Source: Massalongia carnosa
Taxonomy: Eukaryota
DNA length: 64,000 nucleotides
Assembly: GCA_965645245.1 (NCBI GenBank)
Contig: OZ287069.1
Location: 2,976,001-3,040,000, forward strand
Direction of reading: 5' to 3'
Below, in pieces: positions 48,053 to 61,352 of the stretch (positions are counted from its first letter, which is position 1; every line of letters starts with the position of its first letter). Both the position numbers and the translations under genes were made by a program. The notes beneath the pieces were generated by a model. The model was not told where the DNA came from, ran no database searches, and worked only from the letters and a program-made list of their open reading frames with translations.

Positions 48053-50922
48053 AATGAAAGAACTCAAACAACGTAATCCTTTCTAGAAGGACCTTGGACC
48101 ATGGGGATGCAAATGTCCGTTGCTTCGACGGATATGTCGGCTGAAGGGTTTCGAAAGGTGGAAACATAATCATTGTTGGTAGGTTGTTCGGACCGTCGGG
48201 CCTTCTACGCTTCCACCTTTTCATCTTCAATGCAGATTCGCATTCCCAATATTGGAACTTCGTGGCAATCTTGACAACAACCGGTATTACGAGTGCCTTA
48301 TACTATAGAACTAGCCTACTTGTTTTCCTAAGTCAATTATTGGTATATGATAACATCAATATTACGCTCAAATAAGCCCCTACATACCTCCCCTAGGCGA
48401 GTTCAACAAGAATCCGACTACAAATAATTAGGCAATTTCTTAGATGCAAACATGAGAGGCAAAGCCAACTTCCTCCAATCAAAAGCTCACCGTGGACGTG
48501 GGATGGCCAAATTATTTAAACCCTTCATTGTTTCTCGTCATTTTTCAACATAGAAGCCTGCTTTCATCTGGCAATCGATCGAGTAGGTAGAGTTTCAAAA
48601 ACCACCCCCACCCAGACAGACAGCTACACATGCAGCCAAACATCATGTCGGTACTTCATCTTCAAATCCCTATAGCTAGGAGGCGTATATGCCAACGTAA
48701 TGTAAAAGCCTCATATCAACAATTTCCACGGCTTATCGGTAGTTTGCATACAACATTTTAGTTGATCCGCTTTTCCGGTACCAAAAACTTGTGATAATGC
48801 GCAGCAAAAGCATCAGATGATATAAGAATGCGCTGCCGTGGGTGGCTCACGCTGGGGCATATCCAAGTTTCAACTGCACAACATTCTGCTCTCCTTATAT
48901 GCATGTTAACTAATGCAGACTCTCCACGGTATCTGTTTGGATTTCGGGACACCTCGGTTCACATTATGGTAGGCTAGGTCGTTCCGTGCGTCTGGAAACA
49001 GTAGGGTGCTTGATGAGAGTTGAAGATGAATGCTTTCCTCTGAAAGCCTCAGATATCTGTATTAAACCACGAAATTGCAAAATTGAGTCATCATTCCACA
49101 TCGCATCTGCATTGGTTCATGTTTCAGCTAGTGGAACAGGCAAGCGCAAAACGAGTGCATTCAGAAAACAATTTATGCATTGCTGAGCAGTAAATGATCT
49201 ATTGCGGCCGGCAAAGACTTAATAGAAAAAGGAAAGAAGAGAAAGAAGATGGACTTAGGAGAATTACACAAGTACGAAAAGCGCATGATAACTCATTATG
49301 ATCCAAACATGTGACAGAATTCTTTGAGCGCTCTAACTACTCTTAGAGACTTGGGAGGTTGCGAACCGGGTAAATGAAGGAAGTGTGGCAAGGAGGACAG
49401 ACGACAAAAGCCGAAAGAAATGCAAGCGATAAGGGAAATACTCTAATTGCGTGTCAAGTGAAGATGACCGACGATCGTTGGAGGTGATCTACACATGATG
49501 CTCCGGAACGGTGTGGCAGCCTGACCAGAAACTCGGAAGGATCTTAAGAGGAAAACGTGATCGGGAATGCGCGTTGCAGACATGGGTACGCAGTTCAGTA
49601 CCCGTACAGAGAACGTACAATACTCTGTCCACTAATCCAATCCCGTGATGACGGCGAAACACGGATGCAAATTGATTGGGACGAGTGGGGTAAAAAATGT
49701 AAGGCTTTTCATTAACGTGCAGCCAGTTGCCTCTTCGGATTCTTCGCAAAATAAGAAGTTAAAACCATCAAGCCCACGTCGGAGTTTGAAGCAGAAAGAG
49801 CCAAAGACACATATACCTAGGCTCGGCCTAAAGTCCTTATTTGAATGCCGCGTGGAATATTCACGTCGACGTACAGAAGACGTGCGGCTAGCCCGTGTCG
49901 AGGAGGTCGATAAAATTCGGTTCATAGCACAGATTTCCAAGACGTGGCCTGTGTTAACCGCTCCATCTGAATTAGCAACCAATAGAAGCAATCCAGGCAG
50001 TCCTTAGAGTGGAAGCCATCGCCTTATGCAGTGGTGAAGTCGTGTCTCTTTGATGGGATCCTTGCACATCCCATTGATGAAGTAACCAACTTCGTATGCG
50101 CCACAAATGACTCAAAGATTGGGTGAACATATCTATGCGACATTGCCCTTTTCGCCGATGAAGTATATCCGAAGGATTCTCATATCCGATGATGGATGCC
50201 TGTTGATATGCATCTGGTTAATTTCAACTGTTGGTCTTGGTTAATTGTAACTTTCATCATTGTGGCTTGCTAGGGACGCCTTGGGAGTGCGTTGCTGACT
50301 CACAGTTGTTGCTTTGGGATGGTCGATGGGGACATTCGTCGTTGAAGTCGAATGCGTACACGGAGTACTTTGATAGCATATCAGTTAATCAACGCAACAT
50401 GCGGGTTAAATGATCATGCTTGATAAGTTCTCCATATGGCGGTTTCGATCTTGTATTTGGGTTTTGGTTTTGAGTTTGAATTTCAACCGTGAGCGGAAGA
50501 AGCATGGATGATCGGTTTAATTGTGTAAAGTTTAGGGGACAAGTAGCAATTACACAAAGAACCTGGATGACGCCGTTGCATGACGGAGAAGGACCCGATA
50601 GCAAACTCAATATTCCATTTCCATGCCGCGCCCAGCTACATCCGACCAGGCAAACAAGACTGTTAAAGGTTTGTAGATTTTATTAAGAAAAGAGTAATCA
50701 TAATTCTATTAGAAGTTGCAAGCTCCGAGGTTAACTAACTGAGTGATAATTGGCAAACAGCTTCGGAAGTTTCTCCTGACGTGAGACAAGAGGGTTGAGC
50801 GCTCGGCTATATTGCTAGAAGCGGAAGATAAGGAGAGTCGAAGCTAAATTAGGGGCTTCAAAAATTCAATGCGATGCGATTTTAGAGTAGGCAGAAGGAT
50901 TGGGCAAGCTGCATTGCATGCT

Positions 50923-50963
50923 TCTTCTTCTTCTTCTGATTCTTCTGATTCTTCTTCTGATTC
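50923..50963. repeat. Compound (TCT)n/(TCTTCTGAT)n microsatellite
   Basis: Read directly, in intergenic DNA. Confidence 0.75.
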
Positions 50964-53566
50964 TACTTATACTTCTGTTTCTGCTTTTCATGCTTCCCTT
51001 CCCGGCATGGTTCGATATCTGACACTTGCGCATGCTTCGGGAATGCGCGAGGTTACTCCATGCATGCTCAGAGTTTAAGGCAATACAGAAGAGAGGCTAC
51101 TTTCATGCAAGGTAAGGAGGTTAGCAATTACTAAAACTAATAACTACCTTCAGTCCTGTGGCTGTTAACCACCGATCAACTGGATGACGCATCCAACGCA
51201 TCAGACCATTCTTATTATTACCTCAAGACCGCAACTCGCGAAACCACTTTCCCCTTGTCCGCTGAACGGATATGATTGCCTTGAAACTTGCCGAACAAAT
51301 GGCAAGCGTGATTGGACCAAATTCTCATACGGTAAATCGTGATAACCGTTTCTCTACCCAATAAATTACACGACCATGCGTTACGTATGATCAAGAATCC
51401 ATATACCAATCAGTCGTAACCTGCTAGTCCATCTCTCACAAGGAACGAGTAATGACTTTTTATTGAGTACAAAGTACAAAGGAATCTGTCTAGAGAACTC
51501 TATCCGAAAGGTTTAAAGCTTAAGATGCATTATTGGACACAGACTTGGCGGCGGGGTATTTGCATGGGAAACCCATCAACCCAAAACTGCATTTGCGCGC
51601 CACGTTAGGGGGAATATGACAATCACGTTACAGGCCTGCGCTCGATGTTATTGTCCTTGACTGGAAATCATGGGTGGGGTTTGGTACAAGTTAAGAGGAT
51701 CGACATGTGCCAACCATTGGAGACGAGAAAGGATACGGCCTAGCGAAAGATGAACGGGTAGCGAAATTATGCATGGTGGATGAACGCTGCAGCTTCAAAT
51801 CAATTCACCGTGTGTGCGTCTGGTGTGATGGGTAGCGAAGGAGTTGAAGAAGAGGACCGAGACAAGCTGATCTTTTCAATGAGTCGGGTAAGGGTGGAAG
51901 GATGATTCGAGACGGACTCTGTGGTGGCGCAGACCCGTCACTTGGACACTCAGGCTTGTCAGATGGCGCATCCTGATCGCAGATCAGCCCCTGAAACAAG
52001 CTGGATTCCGGGAAAGTGAGATGAATGATGAACAGGAAAAGAGTATTGGTTCCACAACTCGATATCGCCAACAGGATGATTGAGCGCCGACACAATAGGA
52101 AAAAGACGAATGAGGATTAACTCTCATGCATTGTACTGGCGTAACTTGTAGAGTGCCGCGCAAACACTGCCCTTGGAGCACAGTTACATAAAATCAGAAT
52201 TTTCAATCCGCTACCTTACTTAATGGCGTTGTGCATTGACGAAGCTGTAACCAACTGAGTGACGGAGTGATTGATGAAGTAGCCACTGGTTCGCCCTAAA
52301 TCTTGAATATAAGTACCAACTAGCGCTGTACGGAGTACAGCGTACGGAGTACAGAACACCGAGTTACGAGCAACCTACCAGGACGTACTGTACACGCTCT
52401 GAATTCTGTACCCCAGCACACCGCTTCTTCCGGCCCTCTCGAATCATCACCACAAGCCTAGTTTTAAAACCCGTCTCCGTGCAGACATCAGGGATCTAGG
52501 AATCTCCGACTCTATACCAAAGTCACAAATCACAGCAGCAAACCATCAAAGACGAAAGACTAGAGCAGAGTGGTACGGAGAATATTGGCTCGCACTTGTG
52601 CCACCAACGGCTTACGCCTGGCTTGTACTCACCTCTTGGGTCTAGGCTAATGCTTAACAAAGTCCCACAAATCACATCGCTCAGGCATTCCTCCTGTACA
52701 GATTTTTTCCCAAACCGATCTAGGCAATCGATCCAAAAAGTTGCGTGATGGCTGATGACCTGCAACCGCGGGACTAAGGCACTCAAACCTTCGCATGAGA
52801 TGGAGAGGGAGAGTATCCATATCAGGCTATGAAAGGCAGGCATGCACAAGGGATGACGGTGACTGTGAGCGCTAGGTAGTCCTTCTGTATGCTGCTAAGT
52901 GCTATGCCACCTTACTCACGACCGATAAGCTTGTTCCGTTCAGATTACATGCCTCCTCACCTAACCCTCCCCAAAACCTTTTCATTGGCGTTTCGTCCAC
53001 AAACAATAACCCATGATTTTCCTTCCTTCATCCCATGTTATGTTTCCAACCTGAACTGAGCCCACCGCACCTTAATGCATGTCTGCATTCCCGCCGACGC
53101 CAAATGGATTCCCCGGGCGTCTTGCCGTGGGGTCTAACTCTAGTGCTCGACCCGACCTCATCAAGGCTGCTTTGTTCCCAGTCAAACCGGATTGATCTTA
53201 AGGCAATTACAGAGTACTCCGTACGGCTGCTACTTTAGAATATGTATGGGTACGAGTTGGTAGCTGCTAACATGGGTGTCTTTGCTTTTACGCCTCAGTC
53301 TCATAAAGTACTACTGGATCTTGTCCTTTTTTAGCCCCTACAATTCCCTTTTTTGTGCTCACATGCTGGTCATTGAATACGCGCTGCAGGTATGACACCC
53401 CTACAACGTTACGAACCTGTCTGATGGCACGGGATGAACTCATGATACACCAGCAGTGGCGCGCCATGAATCTCATCTAGATATACTTTTGCAAGCCCAC
53501 TCACCTTTCGATTCTAAATCTAAACACCCCATTCAGCTTTCAAAAGCGGGAAGAAGTTGTTGCAAG

Positions 53567-54856
53567 ATGCCGCCGGCCCACATTGATGCCATGATTCAAG
53601 ATGTCTCGAACCATATGGCGAGATCTCAACTCTTGCGTCAGCGATCTGCAAATTCCAATGCATCTACTGGCAGCAAACGAGGGGCCACAAGAGTTGCAAA
53701 GGTGAATAGCTTAGGAAACAGTCCGCACAGCATCCAGCGAAGGCGGACAACTGCGTCGCACTCGGCAAGGACAACGCATTCGGTGATCCAGAGTCTCAAT
53801 CCTCATATCCCGGAGAAGAAGGAAGGAGATGGGTATTTGACACGGGGCTCGCTGCCCTCAGCAAGACCGATGAGCTGGCACCCGGGGTCGGGTGGATTTG
53901 GGATTGAGCAATTTCCAGCCAATGAACCGGCCATGGGAAACACTATTGCAGGATTTCAAAATCTAGCTGTGAACAACATTCTACCCCGCGCTCACGAAAA
54001 TCCGTCGCAACACTCGCTTCAAATGGATTCCATTTATTCGGTCAATGCATTCGCTCCTTTATACGGCCAGTCAACAGCATGTATAGAAGGATATGGAGTT
54101 TTTGGACCCGATGTAGCGACTGCATACTCGTCAATCCCACCTCATAACTTAGCGGCTCCAAATCATTATCAAACCATCCCCACCCCCTACCCCTGCGGCT
54201 ACTACTCGTCGATGGACGCTTTAGAATCCGACTGGCCTTCGATTTCAAATCTCCCTACTCATCCACATCAAACACCAGATTTCCTTCCCATTCAACACCC
54301 TACGGAAACCCACACCCCATCCAACCAAAACCTCGTCCCCGAACCCCAAATCATTAGAAAACGCAGTAAAGAACTTGTTGGCATGGGTCTCTATGATCCC
54401 CCTGATCGGGCAAATCCATCTTCCGTCGATTTCTCATTGTTTGATCACATTGTCAACCCACACCGGAATTCTACGGGCAAAGGCCTTAAATTAGAGGAAA
54501 CGTGGCATCCCCCGAATTCCGCCGACGAAGATGAAGAATCCAAAGTAGCGGAGACAGAGGAAGAGGACGAGGAAGAAGAGGAAGCCTACTCCACCGATGA
54601 AGCGGATGAGGATTTCCTTCCTCCACTCATAACACCAACCCCTCGCACTGAACCCCACTCAACGGGTTTCTACCCTACCACTTACGCCGATCTGTCGAAC
54701 CAAAGCTTTTTCTTCGACGCCGACGACCCCTACACAAACTGCCTCTCATCCTGCTTTGAACACCAGGCGATCCAAATGTGCACACCGCAACCGAAAACAC
54801 CCGAATCGAGCACCTGCGCCGGGGGCGATGTGCACGGCAATATCTTGTGGTTTTAA
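53567..54856 (+). CDS. Conserved hypothetical Pezizomycotina protein (first in-frame ATG at 53567 of ORF 53456-54856)
   Basis: Long ORF with motif-like blocks RPMSWHP, TPDFLPIQHP, ELVGMGLYD, GKGLKLEETW.PP and LSNQSFFF. Function unknown. Confidence 0.8.
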   Translation: MPPAHIDAMIQDVSNHMARSQLLRQRSANSNASTGSKRGATRVAKVNSLGNSPHSIQRRRTTASHSARTTHSVIQSLNPHIPEKKEGDGYLTRGSLPSARPMSWHPGSGGFGIEQFPANEPAMGNTIAGFQNLAVNNILPRAHENPSQHSLQMDSIYSVNAFAPLYGQSTACIEGYGVFGPDVATAYSSIPPHNLAAPNHYQTIPTPYPCGYYSSMDALESDWPSISNLPTHPHQTPDFLPIQHPTETHTPSNQNLVPEPQIIRKRSKELVGMGLYDPPDRANPSSVDFSLFDHIVNPHRNSTGKGLKLEETWHPPNSADEDEESKVAETEEEDEEEEEAYSTDEADEDFLPPLITPTPRTEPHSTGFYPTTYADLSNQSFFFDADDPYTNCLSSCFEHQAIQMCTPQPKTPESSTCAGGDVHGNILWF

Positions 54857-57447
54857 CGGAGCTTTATGGTTTGGCTTGCAGTGACTGGCCGGATCGCTGT
54901 GTGGAGCGGTTCTTTTTTCTTTTTTTTCGTTTTTGGTTTTTCTTTGCATTGTTGACTGCCGCCTTTTCGGCAACTACATGCGCATTACAGAGTAGGGATT
55001 TTGCAGAGAGGCTTAGCGGTGCATGAACTTGTGGAGTATCTTGGCTATTGCCTGCAAGTCCGACTTAGATAATGAAGAGAGAGAATACGCAGTATCAGGC
55101 ATCGCTGCTGCATAGTTTGGTTTACGATTATGCCGGTCGAAGGGCTAGAATAAATGTATCCTTAAGAGTGGTGGACAATATACAGTACAGAATATCCATC
55201 TTCTGGTTGGCTCTCTACACCAATCACCCTGCTAGACTTGACTCGTCCATGATTTTTCTTAATCCTCAGTGCAAGGAAGGGATTTAAACGCATGCGTAGC
55301 ACTATCTAACATAATTTTCTCAACTGAAGGGAAGGCTACATTTTGTATCTCCCAGATATCATAATTTGCCCTAAGCGGTCTGAGCGGTGCGGTAAGTATT
55401 TTGAGTGTGTTTGATTTCAGACCCAAACCAGCTTCAGGAAAGAATTACCTTATCGAGATAAGAACTGATTGATTCCACAACGAGAGTGCTCCCTACCGGG
55501 CCTACTGGGCTGAGAATAGAAGGTAAAACATCCGCACAGGCGACGCTGCTTAGAGGCATGACTTATTCCTCTTGCTTCATTTTCATGTGGGTCGACCGAT
55601 GGGGAAGGGTGGGGCTGTCGGGGTGTGTGAACACACGATCTCGTTTCAGTTTGCAGGCTACTCTCGACAGAGAGATCAAGCAGTGTCATGCACGAGAACG
55701 CCATGACTCGCCAAGACGATTCAGCCTTTTCTTTCGTTTGTTTATCGGTTGGAATTCCTTAGAGCAAAGAGGGTGAGATATGTATGGATCGATGGGGTGG
55801 CTAGGTAGATACTTAAAACCTGTTATGTAGGCGGCTGCTTTTGTTGCTTTCAGATTTGTTTCGGTTCTTGGAAAGCATGAAGAGTGACTTGCATATTCAT
55901 AGGTGGGAAGAGTTCTCCTTGAGTAAAATATATGCAATCGAGAAGAATTCTATGAAATCAAATCAATGGGTTCCATTTAAACTTGGGCCATATGAGGATA
56001 CTCCACCAGTGTGAATATACCTCGCATCAATTCAGCCGGGAGGGTGTAAAAGGACGAGTATCTTACTTCAATAATTTGGCAGATGTAGAAGTGGCTGAGT
56101 ATATATAGGCGTATGGATTGGAGTTCCCTCCTCCATGCTCCTGATTGTTGTGCGTGATACGAAGGACAACCCATAAACCTGTTCCTTTGACATTAAATTT
56201 GCTTTCCTTTTTTCTACTTATCATGGAGAGCACCGTTGAGACTCATTGGGGGAGGTTGTTCCTTTCATTCTCTATAGTTTGTAACCGCTGTTACAACGGA
56301 GCAGCAGCAAAAGAATATGTGAAAATTTCTATGGATGCATCTTAAATGTAATTTTTTTTTCAGCGTTTGCGGTCCATTATGTCCATCACCATTATAAGCC
56401 AACATCAGACTTTACTAGTACATCCAGACTTATACTATATATCGAGAGGAATACTGGCACCACATTTCCTGCCCTGCTGCATCTTATTATAATCTGCGCG
56501 TCTAGAAACTCCCAGAATCGAAAGCTGATATGCTTTTTAAAGGCGTTCAGAATCGATTGAGCATGATAGTAGCTTTTGGTCTTACAGCGTATAACCCTGG
56601 GAACTTATTCGAGGATCAAACTGGGGACCTTAGTGGCCTCTGAAAGGAAAAGAACGATTCTATAGAAATCCAAGCCCTCTGTAGAAAACAAAACATGATT
56701 CGTTCATATTCTAGTAGATTTATATTCTGATGGCAGCGTAGAGCAAAGAAGTGTTCTGAAGACCACATTAGGGTCGTAAGCTCTTGTTCGAGGATTTTGA
56801 TGTAAGAGCTGTGGGGAATTATGGACTTCCCTATGCCCTATTTAAGATCACATTAAGCTACAGAAACTGACATCTCTGCAGGCCTCTTCCTCAACACAGA
56901 CATGCTAAAAGGTCGCTGAATATAAATATTCAAATGGTGACTTCTTAAGAAGTAGTTGTAATTGCTTAGGAAATGGAACTCGAGCGAAGGGAGCGGAGTT
57001 CTCGTCGTTCTCTTTGAAGAGTTTGTTTATGTGTCTATAAATCGCAAGCTCTGATATGTAGAGTATGTATTTATACCTCTGAGATTTTCCGACTCAAAAG
57101 AATGAAGGCAACTCAAAACTCAAAACTCAAAACACCGATCCAAGAATTACTTTCCTCCTGACATTGAGCTGCACCAGCCGTGAATCTGAATACAGCTAAC
57201 CGATAGCATATAGTTCGCTTACTCTATTCCGTCAGAGATGAGGCAGGTTATGGATTGGAGATGGGGTTTTCTATTAAAAATAGCCAGAGGTTTGGTACGT
57301 GATGCGGCTTAAAAAGGTCTCCCGTTCCCGTCCCGCTCCCGGAACTCTCTGTAGATTTCCCCGTACCTACTGAAATTCATTAGCTGTTAGAATCCCAAAA
57401 GGGGGGGGGGGTTTTTGGCGTTTTAACTCTTGTGCACCCTGGTGATC

Positions 57448-58947
57448 ATGGCTCACATAGTGTGGACACCGTGGCGTGATCTTCACGAGTTACTCACTGT
57501 ACGGCGTCAACTTTATCCTTCTGCGGGGGTTGGCGAACCAGATATGAGACGGAAAGCATGCAGCCAGGTGGGTTTTGAAAAGCTTGAAATCCAAAAGTTC
57601 ATTAAGTACAAACTCATTTCACTCCAGATTTCTGCTTGGAAACTACGAGGAAATCTTCCGCATGCTGTGGAGTCCACTTGGTTTCTTACAGATGCGGTTA
57701 TGACTGACAATATAAACTCGAACCAGCTGACACCTTTGGCTGTCCGTGCCTGTTATACGACAGCATTTTGTCGGTAGGTTAACTGATATCTTCATGATTA
57801 TCTTTGTTAAGGGTCTTGTGAGCTCAGATTTGTCACGGGGCTTGTCGACTCTGATCAGGATTCCAAATTCAAGGCTTCCATGTACCAAAAAGCTACAAAG
57901 ATTGGACTTCCGGCATCCTTCGTCGAGCTTCGTCATGAGGCAACCCACGGGGATTTGCCTTCGTTGATTGTTCTTCGAAGAGCTGCCGAAAGGGCCCTGG
58001 AGTGGCTCTATAATGATTACTGGATATTCACAGGTGTACGGACAGGCAATCTGGACGAAGACGATCTTTCTGCATTTAAGGATGGGCGCGAAAAACTCAA
58101 GGAGAAGTTTAGGAGTATTTTGCAACTAATTTGCTCTGAAGCCGGTCAAGTAACAGAGAATAAAAATCAGGCCGGCTCACAGCTTCCCACGCGTACAAGC
58201 GAGGAGGCTTGTCTCGAGCTTGCGGGTATCTGCAAAGGGGAGAAGCTTGCCATAGCGGAGTTAGTCAAGGTTCTTCTAGAATATGATATGCTGGTTCCCA
58301 GTTCACATATGTATGTATCAGCTTTCAATGGCATAGAACACAACTAACTATATAGAATTGGCCGAAATATGGATGAAATATATCCGATTTGGGACAGACT
58401 CCTCCAACAGCTGGCCTTACGCCAAGAGCGATTTCTAACCACGCTCACCGACGAGATGGCTGTGCAAATAATCTCACCCTCACTCATGGATGTGACAATC
58501 GACCCGTATCGCGAAGTGATCACTAACTGGCTCATGCACATCTATACATCAAAACAATGGGGAGCTATGCCTAAGCAGAGCAAGTTAGAGGATGATTGCA
58601 TATTGTCAACTTGTCTTCAGAACCCAAACCATTGGACCCTCAAACTCGCGACAACGATGATCAACACTCCAGATCGTAAGCTGGCTAAAGAGACGTACGG
58701 TGAACGAGTATTAGAGGCGGTGGCAGAGCAATTAAAACCCAAGGATCACATCGCCCAATCCATCTCAACCGAATATCCTCTTCATCTCCTTCCCTCGCAG
58801 CGGGCGTGGCTAGAGACCCAGGAAGGACTTCAAGAGCAAGAAAGGAGCTTACAAGAAAATATTTTGAGCTTAGGAGAAGATGCAGAAGTAAGAAGATGGG
58901 AAAAGTTGAAAGAAGGTTGGATTGCGAAGCCGATTGGCTTAGTTTAA
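57448..58947 (+). CDS. LAS1: Pre-rRNA processing endonuclease Las1 (4 exons)
   Basis: [43 protein letters not shown] (HEPN RxxxxH), AL.WL...YW. Confidence 0.93.
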
Positions 58948-59639
58948 ATTGCAACTCGTAGCTGAAGCAAGTTTACGAACCCTTATAAACACGACTTGTC
59001 ATTTTTTGAGCCTTGTATCCTTAGAATTTCAAAACATGTCTTTGAATGCTATTTCTCTCACTAGATAAGATTTTATAGGTAAAGCATAACTCCTGTAATT
59101 TCTACCCCTTCTTATGTTCGTCTCTCTGAGAAAATTTATAGGAATGATCTCGAAATGGATATGAACTATATTTATTTTAGTCATTCACCTGTAACTCGAC
59201 TTCATCCGGCTATCTCTCAACGGTCTAAGTATGTTCATTGATGAAGGGTTGAGTCTTGTCTCTGTCAATTGAGTGCTCCTTTCAATCAACCTTTGATTAG
59301 GAGTCATCGCTTCGGTATAAGTATAACCCTGTAAGATACGGGACAGGAATTATGTTTTTCCGGAGACCATTCTGCTTGAGCTGTCCAAAGGGAATAAATA
59401 AATGATCGACCCATCGATCAATGTTCCCCCTCCAGTTCTTTCACTTGCAGAGCAAGCGATCAATCCGCAAAACCTCGAACACTTAGGATATTTACCGGCA
59501 TTAAAGGCAAACGACTGGATCGAAAGCTTTAACTATCGAAATGCTCAAAAGCCATAGTGCGGAGCTGTTAACCATTTAACTTTTCTTCTAGCTCTTCAGT
59601 GCTCCGCTAGGGTAGCCACGGTAGAGAGGCTTAAAACAA

Positions 59640-60982
59640 ATGACTAGCCTCCCCGTTATTCCAGGTGAAGAGGGTTTCGTGCACCCAGCAACGTACCTAC
59701 GTCGTCCCCGAGGTCAATCCCAATCAATGGCACCGGCTAAGATAGAGAGCGCCGTGGAGCGAGATCAACGCATCGGCTTAGTGAGTGTTTTTTATGCGCC
59801 TCTTGTTGCTCATTTACTCCCATGGCTGCTGATGCTAATCGTTCTATCAACTTGTAGCAACGTATTCGAGATTTCCTTAAAGTTCGTACCAGTTATGATG
59901 TTCTGCCGTTAAGCTTCCGATTGATCGTATTCGACACCGCTTTACTCGTTAAGAAGAGCCTCCCAATTTTGATACACAATGGTATGTAATTTCCCCCTAA
60001 AGGAAACCGAAACTGAACTCCGATAGGCATCGTCTCGGCGCCGCTATGGGATTCGAAAACGTCAACTTTCGCTGGCCTACTCACAACTTCCGACTATATC
60101 AATCTCATCCAATACTACTGGCAGAATCCGGAAGCGATGAATCGGATCGATCAGTTCAAACTGAACAGCCTCCGTGGTAAGCTGCAGCAAGAGATGTGGA
60201 GTTTTCATGAAGCTGCTAATTGAGATCCAAGATATCGAAAAAGCAATAGGGGTTGCTCCTCTCGAGACCCTCTCAATTCACCCACTTCGCCCTCTTTATG
60301 AAGCTTGTCGCCGTATGCTTGAATCTCGTTCGCGCCGCATTCCTCTTGTTGATGTTGACGACGAGACAAAGCGTTCCATGGTCGTCAGTGTTGTCACTCA
60401 GTATCGTATTTTAAAATTTGTTGCTGTCAATGTTCAGGAGACTCAGTTGCTCAGGAAGCCCTTGAAAATTCTGAATCTTGGTACCTACAAAAATCTTGAA
60501 ACAGCGAGAATGGAGACCCCTGTGTTTGATGTTATCCATCAACTTGTTAATTGCAATATTTCAAGTGTACCAATTTTAAATAGCGATGGTATGCCTCACG
60601 CAGAACTCTATAGGGGCGTAAGCTAATCGAAGTAGGCGTCGTCACCAACGTTTTCGAAGCTGTAGATGTGATTACACTGATTAAGGGTGGTTTTTATGAT
60701 GAGTTGAACCTTAATGTAGGAGAGGCTCTTCAGAAGCGCTCTGATGTATGTATTAATGTTCTCGTGACAATCAGATGTTGATAAAGATAGGATTTCCCTG
60801 GAATTTACACCTGTTCTATCGATGACCGTCTGGATACGATTTTCGACACCATACGAAAATCTCGAGTTCACCGGTTTGTAATTATTGACGAGGATACTCG
60901 TCTTGTGGGTGTTCTGACTTTGAGTGATATTCTTGAATATATTCTTCTCGAAGGCGAAGGTGATGATCTGAAAACTGATTAA
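59640..60982 (+). CDS. SNF4: AMPK/SNF1 gamma subunit Snf4 (CBS domains, 6 exons)
   Basis: [80 protein letters not shown]. Confidence 0.96.
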
Positions 60983-61352
60983 GATAGCTTCGTTGCATTT
61001 GTGGGTGTTTAATATCCCTGGGTAGGTATTTAGGAGCGATTTGATTTGCAGGGGCCGCGATGGTCTTTGGAGTTGTGATTTTAGAGGGCGGCCTGGACTT
61101 GGAGACTAATGACAATATTCATTACCCAGCTATTTTCAAAGTCAATGAGTCGTCTCTTCATTGTTTGTAAGTTTGAATCGTGATGTGGGTGTTGTTTCTG
61201 CAGAAAACATCTGGTTTTGTCGTGAACAGGGGTCCGGTTTATCACCATTTGACAAGGCAGGCACGTTTGTGAAGCGTCACCTTAATGGCCGCCGAGACTT
61301 CTCAACCGCTATTATAACGATGTTATAACACAACATACCTATCTACATCAAT

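Noticed and set aside
48400..53000. Short ORFs, and a CTAACCCT near 52961 as a possible telomerase RNA template
   Set aside because: ORFs lack coding features. The single 8-mer is shorter than a 1.5-repeat template and is expected by chance.
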